Shown here: positions 14,052-24,138 of the stretch, piece after piece
Layout of the letters: every line of letters begins with the position of its first letter
How positions within the stretch are numbered: position 1 is the first letter of the stretch
The notes under the pieces: model-generated
What the model was told of the DNA's origin: nothing
Database searches by the model: none
Seen by the model: only the letters and a program-made list of their open reading frames with translations
Position numbers and translations under genes: made by a program
DNA from: an uncultured Acidobacteriota bacterium
GTDB taxonomy: Bacteria > Acidobacteriota > Thermoanaerobaculia > Multivoradales > UBA5704
Direction of reading: 5' to 3'
Length of the DNA: 64,000 nucleotides
Assembly: GCA_963700145.1 (NCBI GenBank)
Contig: OY969474.1
Span: 2,496,001-2,560,000 of the forward strand

Positions 14052-14708
14052 TTAGCCGGCGGTCCTGCGGAGGTACTCGTCGAGCAGGCGCCGCTCGTCG
14101 CGGGTCAGCGTCGCCTCGGGCAGCACCAGGCTCTCGCCGGCGCGCGGCAGCTCGACGACCAGGGTGTTGACCGCCCGCTCGACGCCCGCGCAGTCCACCG
14201 CCAGCCCCGGCACCAGGGCCATCGAGGCGCAGAGGTCGACGAGGCCGTCGCCGACGCCGCTGCGCACGCTCACCGAGACCCGCTTCGGCAGCTGCTCGGG
14301 GGTGATCCGGTAGCCGCCTTCGATGCGCGCCACCTTCGCCCGCCCTTCCAGGGTCTTGGTCTGGCGCGGCATCCGCACCTCGTCCTCCAGCCGCCGCGTC
14401 ACCCCGCCCATCGTCACGTCCGCCACCAGCCAGCCGGTGCCCTCGAAGGTCAGGGTCAGCTCGGCGGCGTGGCTGCCGCCGGCCCCCGGCTCGAGGCGGA
14501 GGAGGTGGTCGCGCACGGTGACGGCGTTGCGCGGCGAGGCCAGGCGGAGGGTCATGTCCCCCTCCTCCAGGACGGCGATCTCGGGCGCCAGGTCGCGGTA
14601 GGTGCGGTTGGCGCGCTCCAGGCGGAGGCGCAGGCCCGGCTCGGGGACCGGGGCCGGCGCCGCGCCGAGGAGCAGCAGGGCGGCGAGCGGCAGGAGCGCG
14701 CGCTTCAC
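14052..14708 (-). CDS. Secreted hypothetical protein
   Basis: Signal peptide MKRALLPLAALLLLGAAPA; starts 1 bp after the VWA gene stop. Confidence 0.75.
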   Translation of the reverse strand: MKRALLPLAALLLLGAAPAPVPEPGLRLRLERANRTYRDLAPEIAVLEEGDMTLRLASPRNAVTVRDHLLRLEPGAGGSHAAELTLTFEGTGWLVADVTMGGVTRRLEDEVRMPRQTKTLEGRAKVARIEGGYRITPEQLPKRVSVSVRSGVGDGLVDLCASMALVPGLAVDCAGVERAVNTLVVELPRAGESLVLPEATLTRDERRLLDEYLRRTAG

Positions 14709-14709
14709 G

Positions 14710-17286
14710 CTACGGATAGTAGCCGCGGATCGTCCGCGCCTTCAAACCGCCGCGCACCCGCACCTCGACCTCGCGGAACCCCTCGCCGCCGCCGGTCGGG
14801 GCGTAGGCGAGGTAGTAGCGGCTGCGCAGCTCCTTCTCGATCTCCTCGTAGACCCCGACGAGCTGCCCCGCCTTCTCGACGAAGAAGGCGCGGCCGCCGG
14901 TCTCGTTGGCGAGGCGCGAGAGCTTGCTGCGGATGTCGGCCGAGAGCGGCGAGACGGCGAGGCCGATGGTGTAGATGGCGACGCCGCTGCGCCGCGCGTA
15001 CTCCAGGGCGTTGCGGTACGGGGTGTGGCTGGCGGTGTCGTCGCCGTCGGAGAGCAGCACCAGGGCGCGCTGCCCGCGCACGCCGCGGAAGTAGTAGAGG
15101 CTGGTCACCAGCGCGTCGTGGAGCGCCGTGTAGCCCACCGCCTGCAGCCCCTTGAGCGCCTGGATGACCCCGTCGGCGTCGTCGGTCGGCGGCATCAGGA
15201 CGACGGGCTTGTCGGAGAAGGAGACCGCGAACGAGCGGTCGCGCGGCGTCACCACGTCGCGCACGAAGTCGGCGGCGGCGCGCTGCGCCTCGACCAGCGA
15301 GGACGACATCGAGCCCGAGGTGTCGATCACCAGCCCCACGGAGAGCGGCAGGTCCTCGACCAGCTCGAACTTGGTGATCGTCTGCGGCGTGCCCCCGTCG
15401 AGCACCTCGAAGTCCGCCGCCGTGAGCCCCAGCGCCGGCTGGCCGCCGCGGTCGAAGACCGTGGTGTAGAGCTCGACCAGGGTGACGTTGACGTTGGCGA
15501 GATTGGGCGGCGCGTTGAGGAAGCGCGTGTCCTCGGCGCGGCCGCCGTCGTCGAGGGTCGCCACCACCGTCAAGTAGGTCACGTCGCCGCCGCCCGGCAC
15601 CTCGATCTGCGCCTGCCAGGGGGGCTTGACGAGGGTCGCCACCGTCGCGTCGTTGATCCGGAAGTCGACCGACTCGATCCGCTTCCCCTCCGGCACCGAG
15701 ACCTCGGCGCGCGCCAGCGTCTGCCCGACCACCTTGACGCCGCGGCCGGGGGCGAGGATCGTCACCTGCAGCGCCCCGCGCGGCTGGTTGACCACCACCT
15801 CGTCGGCGGCGACCAGCTCGCCCCGCTCGTCGTAGCCCTCGGCGCGCACCACCTGCTCGACCGGGTACTCGGCGAGGCGCACCTCGGCGCTGAACGGTGC
15901 CTTGGCGCGGGTGAGCTGCACCGCGCCGTCGACGAGGAAGACCACCTTGACGATGCGCCCGCCGGAGACCAGCGCCTCCGCCCGCCAGAGGCCGAGCACC
16001 ACGTCCTCCTCGGGCGGCACCAGGATCAGGCTGTCGCGCCCGGCCGGCCGCTCGAGCCCCAGGTCCTCGCCGAGCGCCACGACGACGTCGTCCGGCACTT
16101 TTGGCTCGGCCACCGCCTCCGGCTCGCGCGGCACCTGGAAGCCGCGGGCCAGGCGGACGCGGGCGCCGCTGACGTCGTCCTTCAGGTCGAAGCGGAGGAG
16201 GAAGGCGCCGGGGCGGAGCGCGCGCTCGAGGGCGAGCGCCACCGGCACCCCTGCGGCCGGGGGCTCCAGCCGGAAGCGGAGCCGGAACTCCTCGAAGGGG
16301 CGCCCGTCCTGCTCCAGCATCCCCTGGAGCGTCAGCCGCAGCTCGGGCTTCTCCTTCTCGGTCGCCGGCGTGGAGGCGCGGACGCTCCCCGGCGGCAGCG
16401 TCAGCAGCGCGCGGGCGAGGAGCCGCTGGCCGCGCCGGTCCGGGTAGAGCATCTGCAGGTCGCCGAGCGCCAGCCGCGGCGCGTCGGCGGTTGCCTTGGC
16501 GGGCAGCGCGGTCTTCGCCGCCGCCGCCGCCCAGGCGCCGAGGTCCTCGGGCGGCGCCAGGAAGCGCTCGAAGTCCGCGCCGGTCGGCCGCCCCTTGCGG
16601 AAACCGAAGAGGCCGTTGACGCCGCTCGCCTTGTCGACGCGCGGCGTCTCCTCGCAGACCTGGAGGTCGAAGCGCACGGCGCGGATCTGCCCGCGCAGCG
16701 CCTCGAAGTCGTCGAGGAGCTTCTCCATGTCGCGGGAGTAGAGAGCGCGCTTGCCCTCGGCCGGCCGCCAGAGCTTGTACGGGGCGGTGGGGAGCGGCCG
16801 GTAGACGAGCAGCTCGCGCCGGCGGTTCTCCGGGTTCGGGTCGCTGCCGACGTCGTAGCCCCAGATCTCGAGCGGCTTGAACGCCTGGCCGCAGTCGATG
16901 ACCAGGCGCTCCGCCGGCTTGCCGTTCAAGAACAGGAGCTGGGCGCGGACGTCGAGCGGCGAGAGGAACTCCTCGGCGGCGAGCTGCTGGCGGCGCGCGA
17001 TGCCCAGCGCCAGCTCGTTCTCCGGCGTCGCCGGCAGCGGGTCGCGGGCGAGGAACTCGGCGATGAAGCGGGTGCGGGCGGCCGCGTCGAGCGCGGCGAA
17101 GGACGCGCGCTCGGACTCGGGGAGGAGGAGGGCGGGGCCGTCCTGCAGGAAGGCGCGCTGCTCCTCGGGCCAGAGGACCGGGTCCTCGGCGGCGCGAACG
17201 GGCGCGGCGGCTAGGGGGGCGAGCGCGCCGGCGAGCGCGAGAGAAAGGACGACGTATCTGGGATGCACGGCAGGCCCGCTTTGCAC
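14710..17286 (-). CDS. Secreted GWxTD-like domain + Ig-like + VWA (acidobacterial VWFA-related) protein
   Basis: Signal peptide; ESERASFAAL...FLARDPLPATPENE (GWxTD-like); MIDAS DTSGSM, TALHDA, LLSDGDD, NETGGRAF, ELRSRYYLAY. Confidence 0.88.
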   Translation of the reverse strand: MQSGPAVHPRYVVLSLALAGALAPLAAAPVRAAEDPVLWPEEQRAFLQDGPALLLPESERASFAALDAAARTRFIAEFLARDPLPATPENELALGIARRQQLAAEEFLSPLDVRAQLLFLNGKPAERLVIDCGQAFKPLEIWGYDVGSDPNPENRRRELLVYRPLPTAPYKLWRPAEGKRALYSRDMEKLLDDFEALRGQIRAVRFDLQVCEETPRVDKASGVNGLFGFRKGRPTGADFERFLAPPEDLGAWAAAAAKTALPAKATADAPRLALGDLQMLYPDRRGQRLLARALLTLPPGSVRASTPATEKEKPELRLTLQGMLEQDGRPFEEFRLRFRLEPPAAGVPVALALERALRPGAFLLRFDLKDDVSGARVRLARGFQVPREPEAVAEPKVPDDVVVALGEDLGLERPAGRDSLILVPPEEDVVLGLWRAEALVSGGRIVKVVFLVDGAVQLTRAKAPFSAEVRLAEYPVEQVVRAEGYDERGELVAADEVVVNQPRGALQVTILAPGRGVKVVGQTLARAEVSVPEGKRIESVDFRINDATVATLVKPPWQAQIEVPGGGDVTYLTVVATLDDGGRAEDTRFLNAPPNLANVNVTLVELYTTVFDRGGQPALGLTAADFEVLDGGTPQTITKFELVEDLPLSVGLVIDTSGSMSSSLVEAQRAAADFVRDVVTPRDRSFAVSFSDKPVVLMPPTDDADGVIQALKGLQAVGYTALHDALVTSLYYFRGVRGQRALVLLSDGDDTASHTPYRNALEYARRSGVAIYTIGLAVSPLSADIRSKLSRLANETGGRAFFVEKAGQLVGVYEEIEKELRSRYYLAYAPTGGGEGFREVEVRVRGGLKARTIRGYYP

Positions 17287-17320
17287 GGCAGGTGCCAGAC
17301 ACTACACTTGCTCCACCGCT

Positions 17321-18415
17321 ATGGCCAAACCGCTGCGCAACGCGCCGATCCGGACCTGGCAGGCCGGGGACGTCGTCCAGGGCTACGCGCTCCTGACCAA
17401 GAAGGAGCTGCGCCAGGACCGCAACGGCAAGAGCTTCATGGACCTCGAGGTGGTGGACGCCAGCGGCTCGATGGTGGCCAAGGTGTGGAACGACAGCCCG
17501 GCCCTCAACGGGCAGTTCGAGACCCACCGCTTCATCGCCTTCCGCGGCTCGGTCAAGCTCTACCGCGACCAGCTCCAGCTCAGCATCGACGAGTGCCGCG
17601 AGGCGACCGAGGAGGACCGCCGCTTCGGCTTCGACGAGACCCTCCTCGTGCCGTCCACCCGCGAGGACGTGGACGACCTCTGGCGCCGGCTGGAGCGGCT
17701 GCTCGGCGAGGAGGTCGAGCGCCCGGTCCTGCGCCGCCTGGCGCGCGAGACGCTGGAGGCGCACGGCGCGGCGCTGCGCCAGCACCCGGCGGCCAAGTCG
17801 ATGCACCACGCCTACCGCGGCGGTCTGCTCGAGCACGTCGTCTCGATGGCCGAGCTGGCGATGGCGGTCTGCCGCCACTACCGCGACCTCGACCGCGACC
17901 TGCTGCTCCTCGGCGTCCTCTTCCACGACCTCGGGAAGCTCCAGGAGCTGGGCGCGATGCCGGTCAACGACTACACCCTCGTCGGCCGCCTCGTCGGCCA
18001 CGTCGTCCTGGGCCGCGACCTGCTGCGCGAGCGGTGCGCGGCGATCGAAGACTTCCCCGAAGACCTCCAGCTCCTCCTCGAGCACATGGTCCTGGCCCAC
18101 CAGGGCCGGAAGGAGTTCAGCTCCCCGGTCGAGCCCATGACCCCGGAGGCCCTCGCCCTCCACTTCCTCGACGACCTGGATTCCAAGCTCAACCAGCTCC
18201 GTGCCTCGCGCGAAGCGCAGCCCGGCGTGCAGTACCACCGCGGGCTGGGGCGCTTCGTGTACCTGCCGGTCGTCGGCGAGGTGGGCGAGGCCGGCGAGAG
18301 AGTCGAGGCGGTCCCGGTCGAAGTCGAAGTCCGCGAGAGCGTGACCGTCGAGGAGGTCGAAGAGGCCGTCGAGGAAGCGGCCGCCGAGCCGCGGCCGCTG
18401 ACGCTGTTCGAGTAG
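17321..18415 (+). CDS. yhaM: 3'-5' exoribonuclease YhaM/Cbf1 family (OB fold + HD domain)
   Basis: OB-fold N-terminus; PAAKSMHHAYRGGLLEH, LFHDLGK, GHVVLG, HMVLAHQG..P.TPEALALHFLDDLDSK. Confidence 0.9.
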   Translation: MAKPLRNAPIRTWQAGDVVQGYALLTKKELRQDRNGKSFMDLEVVDASGSMVAKVWNDSPALNGQFETHRFIAFRGSVKLYRDQLQLSIDECREATEEDRRFGFDETLLVPSTREDVDDLWRRLERLLGEEVERPVLRRLARETLEAHGAALRQHPAAKSMHHAYRGGLLEHVVSMAELAMAVCRHYRDLDRDLLLLGVLFHDLGKLQELGAMPVNDYTLVGRLVGHVVLGRDLLRERCAAIEDFPEDLQLLLEHMVLAHQGRKEFSSPVEPMTPEALALHFLDDLDSKLNQLRASREAQPGVQYHRGLGRFVYLPVVGEVGEAGERVEAVPVEVEVRESVTVEEVEEAVEEAAAEPRPLTLFE

Positions 18416-18442
18416 AGAGGCCGCCCGGGCGATTCTCGAGGT

Positions 18443-19588
18443 TCAGGAGTGGCCCGTGGACCGCCGGCGGCGGGCTAGCTCGGGAAGCAGCGCCGCGGCC
18501 GCCGCCAGCAGCACCATTCCTACCCAGAAATCCACCCGCGGCACCACCGCCACCCGCTGCCGCAACACCGGGCTCTCGTAGGGCTCGGGGTCGGGGCGGG
18601 GGCGCTTGGCGTTGATCTCGCTGCGCTGCGCTTCGGGGAGGCGGTGTTGCGCGTGCGGGGGTTGGAAGGAGCGGAGAGTCAGGAAGGGCGTGTAGTAAAG
18701 CTCCAGGATCCGGTTCTCCTTCCAGGCGTGGAACCAGTCGCCGCGGTGGTAGCTGGTGTTGCGGTGCTCGACGTGCCAGCCGGCGGCGGTGAGGTAGAAG
18801 TCCTCCTTCCCCAGCGGCGCCAGGCCCGACGGCGGGTCGGCGGCCCAGGCGCGCGCCCGCTCGGCCTTGAGCTCGGCCAGGCGCTCGCGCGGGTGGAACG
18901 AGCGGAAGCGGCCGATCTCCGGGTCGGCGATCTCGTAGCCCAGGTGGGCGCGGTCGAAGAAGAGGGCGAAGGCGAGGAGCGCGACGGCGGCGGTGCGGCC
19001 GACGCGCCGCGCCGCCGGCAGGTCGGGCCGCCAGCGGAAGCCGCGCGGCGGCTCCAGCGCGACGCCGAAGAGCAGACCGCACAGCCCGGCGTAGGCGTTG
19101 AGCGCCACGTCGCGCACGTCGCCGGTGCGCACCGGCGTCCACCACTGCACCGCCTCGTCGACGATCCCGACCAGCGCCACCGCCAGCACCGTGAGCGGCA
19201 GGACCGAGGCGTCGCCGTAGCGGCGGAAGGCGCGGTAGAAGAGCAGCCCCAGGGCGCCGTACTCCAGGAAGTGGATGCGCTCGACCGCGTCCACCTGGAG
19301 GTTGCCGGTGCCGAAGCCGACGACTTGCACGCCCAGCAGGACCAGCGCCAGCGCCAGCCCGCCGAGCCGCAGCAGCCGGGTCGACCGGCGCGGCTCGCGA
19401 ACGCGCAGCGCCGCCGCCACGACCAGCCCCGCCACCACGACCGCGAAGCCGGCCGCCAGCGCGACGACGAAGCGGCGGCCGAAGAGGTCGAGGAGGAGGT
19501 CGCGCAGCGTCCCCATGAACGGGGCGGTGGCGACGATGAAGAGGGCGAGGAGGAGCGGCGGGCGGAGGCTCGGGGAGCGCGTCACCAT
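18443..19588 (-). CDS. VanZ-like membrane protein with C-terminal soluble domain
   Basis: ERIHFLEYGALG...DEAVQWWTPVRTGDVRDVALN. Confidence 0.8.
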   Translation of the reverse strand: MVTRSPSLRPPLLLALFIVATAPFMGTLRDLLLDLFGRRFVVALAAGFAVVVAGLVVAAALRVREPRRSTRLLRLGGLALALVLLGVQVVGFGTGNLQVDAVERIHFLEYGALGLLFYRAFRRYGDASVLPLTVLAVALVGIVDEAVQWWTPVRTGDVRDVALNAYAGLCGLLFGVALEPPRGFRWRPDLPAARRVGRTAAVALLAFALFFDRAHLGYEIADPEIGRFRSFHPRERLAELKAERARAWAADPPSGLAPLGKEDFYLTAAGWHVEHRNTSYHRGDWFHAWKENRILELYYTPFLTLRSFQPPHAQHRLPEAQRSEINAKRPRPDPEPYESPVLRQRVAVVPRVDFWVGMVLLAAAAALLPELARRRRSTGHS

Positions 19589-20004
19589 TGCATCCGGTAG
19601 AGCATCCAGTAGACGACCACGCCAGTGACTGATACGTAGAGCCAGATCGGCAGCGTCCAGCGGGCGATCCGTTTATGGCGCGGGAAACGGCGGCGGAAGG
19701 CGTGGGTCACCGTGATGATCGCGAGGAACGGCACCGTCGCGGCGAGCACGGTGTGGGTCAGGAGGATCGCCAGGTACGTGGTGCGCGCGGCGCCGCTCCC
19801 GGGGAAGCGCACCGAGCCCACCTGGTAGTGGTAGGTGAGGTAGGAGGTCAGGAAAAGGACCGAGCAGGCCAGGGCGGCCAGCATGACGTTGCGGTGGGCG
19901 GTGATCCGCCGGCGGCGGATGAGGAGCCAGGCGATGACCAGCAGCACCGCCGCGGTCAGGTTGAGCGCCGCGTTGACGGCCGGCAGGTCGCGGACGGTGA
20001 GCAC
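19582..20004 (-). CDS. DUF420 (CtaM/YozB-like) membrane protein, oxidase-assembly associated
   Basis: LPAVNAALN, HRNVM, FLTSYLTYH, ILLTHTVLA, HKRIARWTLPIWLYVSVTGVVVY. Confidence 0.9.
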   Translation of the reverse strand: MLTVRDLPAVNAALNLTAAVLLVIAWLLIRRRRITAHRNVMLAALACSVLFLTSYLTYHYQVGSVRFPGSGAARTTYLAILLTHTVLAATVPFLAIITVTHAFRRRFPRHKRIARWTLPIWLYVSVTGVVVYWMLYRMQW

Positions 20005-20065
20005 TTGGCGGGGGATTCTAGCCGGCCCCGCCTGGTATCCTCGCCGCGTTTGAGCGACCTCAGCA

Positions 20066-22450
20066 ATGACCGCAGCACGGCGTAACGGCCCCCCCGGCTC
20101 CGCCCCGTTCCTCGCGGCTCTCCTGCTCCTCGTCAGCCTGACGCAGGCGCCGCTCCTCCTCGCCGCCGAGGCACGCTACGCCGGCCACAGCCTCGAAGAG
20201 GCCCTCCTCGACCTCCGCGCCCGCGGCCTGCGCCTGGTCTTCACCAGCAACGTCGTGCGCCCGGAGATGCGCGTCGCGGCCGAGCCGGCCGCCGCCGAGC
20301 CGCGCCGCGTCCTCGACGAGATCCTCGCCCCGCACGGCCTCGCCGCCCGCGAGGCCCCGAACGGCATCGTCGTCGTCGTCCGGCGGCCCGCCCCACCGGC
20401 CGCCGCGGCGCCCGCGCCCGGCGCGCCCGGCGCCGCCGCCCCCGCGCCGCCCCCCGCCGCCCCCGAGCCGCCGCTCGAGATCCACGAGGAGATCGTCGTC
20501 ACCCCGAGCAAGATCTCGCTGCTACGCGAGGACCCGGTCGGCCTCCTCGGCTTGAGCCGCGACGAGATCCTCACCCTCCCCCACCTGGGCGACGACTTCT
20601 TCCGCGCTCTCTCGCTGCTCCCCGGCACTTCGGCCAGCGACGTCAGCGCCCGCTTCCACGTCCGCGGCGCGCGCGACGACGAGACCCAGATCGTGCTCGA
20701 CGGCCAGGAGCTGTTCGAGCCCTTCCACCTCCAGGACTTCGAGAGCCCGCTCAGCCTGATCGCCCCCTCCACCCTCAGCGGCGCCGACCTCTCGACCGGC
20801 GGCTTCCCCGCCCGCTACGGCGACCGCATGGGGGGTGTCCTCGACATGACGACGGTGCGGCCGAGCGGCGAGGCGCGCCTGCGGGTCGGCGCCGGCATCC
20901 TCGGCTTCCACCTCGGCGGCGGCGGCACCTTCACCGGCGAGCGCGGCGCCTGGCTGGTCGAGGCGCGGCGCGGCTCGAGCGACCTGCTGGGCCGGCTCCT
21001 GGGGGACGAGGACCCGCGCTACTGGGACGGCTTCGGCAAGGTCGATTACTACCTCACCGCCCGCCACGGCCTGCGCGCCAACTTCCTGCGCTCCTTCGAC
21101 GAGCTGGACTTCGAGGACGTGGGCAGGGAGACCAAGCGCTTCGAGACCGAGTACGACAACGCCTACCAGTGGCTGACCCACCAGGCGCTCCTCGGCACCA
21201 GCCAGTCGCTGGAGTCCGCCGTCGCCGGCGCCCGCGTCGAGCGCGAGCGGCGGGGGCTCGAGGACGAGGAGGACGCGCGCTTCGGCGTCTTCGACCACCG
21301 CGACACCGCGGTTTTCGAGCTGCGCCAGGGCTGGCAGTGGCAGACGCCGCGGCACCTCGTGCAGGCCGGCTGGCAGCGGCGCGAGCTGGAGACCGAGTAC
21401 GACTACGCCGCCGAGCGCGACCTCGACGAGCCGCTGGCGCGCATCCGCCACGACTTCGGGCAGGACACCACGGTCTTCGCCGGCGAGTTCGACGAGCGCG
21501 ACTGGGGCGCCTGGGCCAGCGACCGCTTGCGGCTCGGCGCGCCGCTGACCCTGGAGCTCGGCCTGCGCCACGACCGCCACTCGCAGACCCGCGAGAGCCA
21601 CACCAGCCCGCGCTTCAACCTCGCCTGGGCGCTCGGCGAGCGCAGCGTCGTGCGCGCCGCCTGGGGGCGCTTCCACCAGAGCCAGCGGCCCTACGAGCTG
21701 GAGATCGAGGACGGCGAGACGGCGTTCCACCGCGTCGAGCGCTCGGAGCACCGCGTCCTCGGCTTCGAGACCCTGCTCGGCGCTCCCGGCGGCCGCGACT
21801 GGGAGCTGCGCGTCGAGCTCTACCGCCGCGACGTCGCCAACCCGCGGCAGCGCTTCGAGAACCTCTTCGAGCCGATCAACATCTTTCCCGAGGTCGAGCC
21901 CGACCGCGTGCGCATCGCGCCGGAGGAGAGCGTCGCCGAGGGAGTCGAGCTCTTCCTGCGCGGCGAGGCCGGACCGCGCGCCGCCTGGTGGGTCAACTAC
22001 ACCTACGCCACGACCGAGGACGAGATCGCCGGCCGCCGCGTGCCGCGGCAGTTCGACCAGAGGCACAGCCTGAACCTCGACCTCGACCTGCGCGCTGGCA
22101 CCCACTGGCGGCTCAACTTCGCCTGGCGCTTCCACACCGGCTGGCCGACGACGCCGCTGTCGCTGGTCGAGACGGTGGACGACGAAGGGGAGGTCGAGTT
22201 CCAGCCGGTCCTGGGGCCGCTCAACAGCGCGCGCCTGCCCGACTACCACCGCCTGGACGTGCGCGCCAGCCGCCGCTGGCGGATCGGCGCGGCGTCGCTC
22301 GACCTCTTCTTCGACGTGCAGAACGCTTACAACCGGAAGAACGTCGCCGGCTTCGACATCGAGATCGACGAGGACGAGGGGAGGCTGGTGATCCGCGAGG
22401 AGGGCTGGCCGGGGATCATCCCGTCGGCCGGCATCAGCCTCGAGCTGTGA
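20066..22450 (+). CDS. TonB-dependent receptor with N-terminal signalling (STN-like) extension
   Basis: Signal peptide; SLEEALLDL..GLRLVF..LDEILAPHGL; EEIVVT (TonB-box-like); plug SLLPG..VRG..LDG..GGFPARYG; C-terminal RLDVR...QNAYNRKN...GISLEL. Confidence 0.9.
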   Translation: MTAARRNGPPGSAPFLAALLLLVSLTQAPLLLAAEARYAGHSLEEALLDLRARGLRLVFTSNVVRPEMRVAAEPAAAEPRRVLDEILAPHGLAAREAPNGIVVVVRRPAPPAAAAPAPGAPGAAAPAPPPAAPEPPLEIHEEIVVTPSKISLLREDPVGLLGLSRDEILTLPHLGDDFFRALSLLPGTSASDVSARFHVRGARDDETQIVLDGQELFEPFHLQDFESPLSLIAPSTLSGADLSTGGFPARYGDRMGGVLDMTTVRPSGEARLRVGAGILGFHLGGGGTFTGERGAWLVEARRGSSDLLGRLLGDEDPRYWDGFGKVDYYLTARHGLRANFLRSFDELDFEDVGRETKRFETEYDNAYQWLTHQALLGTSQSLESAVAGARVERERRGLEDEEDARFGVFDHRDTAVFELRQGWQWQTPRHLVQAGWQRRELETEYDYAAERDLDEPLARIRHDFGQDTTVFAGEFDERDWGAWASDRLRLGAPLTLELGLRHDRHSQTRESHTSPRFNLAWALGERSVVRAAWGRFHQSQRPYELEIEDGETAFHRVERSEHRVLGFETLLGAPGGRDWELRVELYRRDVANPRQRFENLFEPINIFPEVEPDRVRIAPEESVAEGVELFLRGEAGPRAAWWVNYTYATTEDEIAGRRVPRQFDQRHSLNLDLDLRAGTHWRLNFAWRFHTGWPTTPLSLVETVDDEGEVEFQPVLGPLNSARLPDYHRLDVRASRRWRIGAASLDLFFDVQNAYNRKNVAGFDIEIDEDEGRLVIREEGWPGIIPSAGISLEL

Positions 22451-22459
22451 GCCGGCCGC

Positions 22460-23467
22460 TCAGCCGCCGGCGCGGGTGATGCGCAGCGCGCCGCCTTCGA
22501 GGCGGTAGTCGAGGCCGCTCCCCGGCAGGACGACGGCGACCGAGGCGTCGGGGGCCATTCCCTCGATCGAGCCGTGGAGGCGGATGGTCGAGGCCAGCTC
22601 GGCCAGCGACTCGTCCTCGTACTGCAGCCGCCAAGCGGTCTCGCGCGATACCCAGCGCAGGTAGTCGCGCAGCGTCGCCCCCTCGATGTCGAAGCTCGGC
22701 GCCGCCGCCAGCACCCACTCCCAGGCCGGTCCCTGCGGCTCGACGCGCCCCCGGCCGAGGCTGCCGTCATGCCCCAGCCGCAGCTCGCCGCCGGCGGCGA
22801 CCGGCGCCTCCGGCCCGGCCCGGCGGACGAGGGCGACCGACCCCTCGCGCACCCGCACCCGCAGCGCCACGCCGCCCGCGGGGTCCATGCGCACCTCGAA
22901 CTGGGTGCCGACCTCGCGCACGCTGCCCCACGGGGTGCCGACCGCGAGCCCGCCGCCGCCGGCCGCGCCCGCCGAGTCGACATAGACCGCGCCGCGCTCG
23001 AGCTCCAGCCGGGTGGCGGAGGCGAGGCGGACCCGGGTGCCGGCGTCGAGGCGGACCGACTCGCCGCCCGCCAGGCGGAGGGCGATGAGCCCGCCGCCGC
23101 CGGTCTCGACCGTCGTGCCGGCGGCGAGGACGGCGCCGGGAGCCACCGCGGTCTCCCCCTTGACGAGCTGCACGGTCGCCACCCGCTCCGCCGCGGCCGG
23201 CGCCGCGTCGCGCACCGACCACCACCAGCCGATCCCCAGGGCGAGGAGCAGGGTCGCGGCGAGCGCCAGCGGCATGGTGCGGCGGACGCGCCGCCGGCGC
23301 TCGGCCGCGGCCAGCGCTTCCCACTCGCGCCGCGCCGCCGCGCGGATGGCGGCCAGGTCCTCGGCCGGCACCGCCGGGCGGCGGCCGGCGCTCTCCAGGA
23401 GCTCGCGCACCGCCGCCTCGTCGGCCGGCGACTCCGTCCAGCGCGGGTCGGGCCGGGGGTCGCTCAT
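22460..23467 (-). CDS. FecR-family anti-sigma factor
   Basis: Single TM; SVRLDAGTRVRL, LERGAVYVD, VREVGTQFEVR, VREGSVAL. ATG 23467 overlaps the sigma stop. Confidence 0.9.
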   Translation of the reverse strand: MSDPRPDPRWTESPADEAAVRELLESAGRRPAVPAEDLAAIRAAARREWEALAAAERRRRVRRTMPLALAATLLLALGIGWWWSVRDAAPAAAERVATVQLVKGETAVAPGAVLAAGTTVETGGGGLIALRLAGGESVRLDAGTRVRLASATRLELERGAVYVDSAGAAGGGGLAVGTPWGSVREVGTQFEVRMDPAGGVALRVRVREGSVALVRRAGPEAPVAAGGELRLGHDGSLGRGRVEPQGPAWEWVLAAAPSFDIEGATLRDYLRWVSRETAWRLQYEDESLAELASTIRLHGSIEGMAPDASVAVVLPGSGLDYRLEGGALRITRAGG

Positions 23468-24093
23468 GACGCCGTCACCTCCCGCCGCCGGCGCTCGAAC
23501 GGGGCGTCCGCGGCCGCCGCTTCCGGCCCGGTGACCCGCCGGAAGGCGTCGCGGAAGGCCTGCCGGGCGCGGGTCAGCAGCGACTCCGCAGCCTTCGTCC
23601 GCACCCCCAGCCGCGCGGCGATCTTCTCGACCGGCAGGCGCTCGACGTACTTCCACTCGAGCGCCAGGCTGTAGTGCGGCGGCAGGCCGTCGAGGACGGC
23701 GTGCACCAGCCCGGCGCGCTCCTTGGCGAGGAGCGCCTGCTCCGGCCCCGGGGGTCCGGGGACGAGGGCCGCGTCGGCCGCGATGTCAGTGCCCGTCAGG
23801 GTCATCTCTTGGTCCCTCCGGCCTTCGCGCCGGAAGTGGGCGGCGATCTCGTTGCGGCAGCAGGCGCAGAGCCAGGTCATCAGCTCCGACTCGCCGCGGA
23901 AGGACGCCAGCTTCGCGATCGCCTTGCACACGGTCGTCTGCACGATCTCCCGCGTCAGCTCGCGGTCGCGGAGCTGGCGTTGGGCGAAGCGGTAGACCGC
24001 CGGGATGTAGGCGTCGGAGAAGACCTCGAAGGCGGCCCGGTCTCCGGCCAGCATCCTCTCGACGAGCGACCGCTCCGCTTCGCCCGCGCCCAT
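23464..24093 (-). CDS. ECF RNA polymerase sigma factor
   Basis: GDRAAFE, VYRFA, SFRGESELMTWL..CRNE, region 4 LKY-like WKYVERL..IAARLG..AESLLTRAR. Alternative start 24117. Confidence 0.9.
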   Translation of the reverse strand: MGAGEAERSLVERMLAGDRAAFEVFSDAYIPAVYRFAQRQLRDRELTREIVQTTVCKAIAKLASFRGESELMTWLCACCRNEIAAHFRREGRRDQEMTLTGTDIAADAALVPGPPGPEQALLAKERAGLVHAVLDGLPPHYSLALEWKYVERLPVEKIAARLGVRTKAAESLLTRARQAFRDAFRRVTGPEAAAADAPFERRRREVTAS

Positions 24094-24138
24094 CGGCTCC
24101 CGCCAACCCGTTCGCATCGTGGGTCCGCAGCCTACCTC

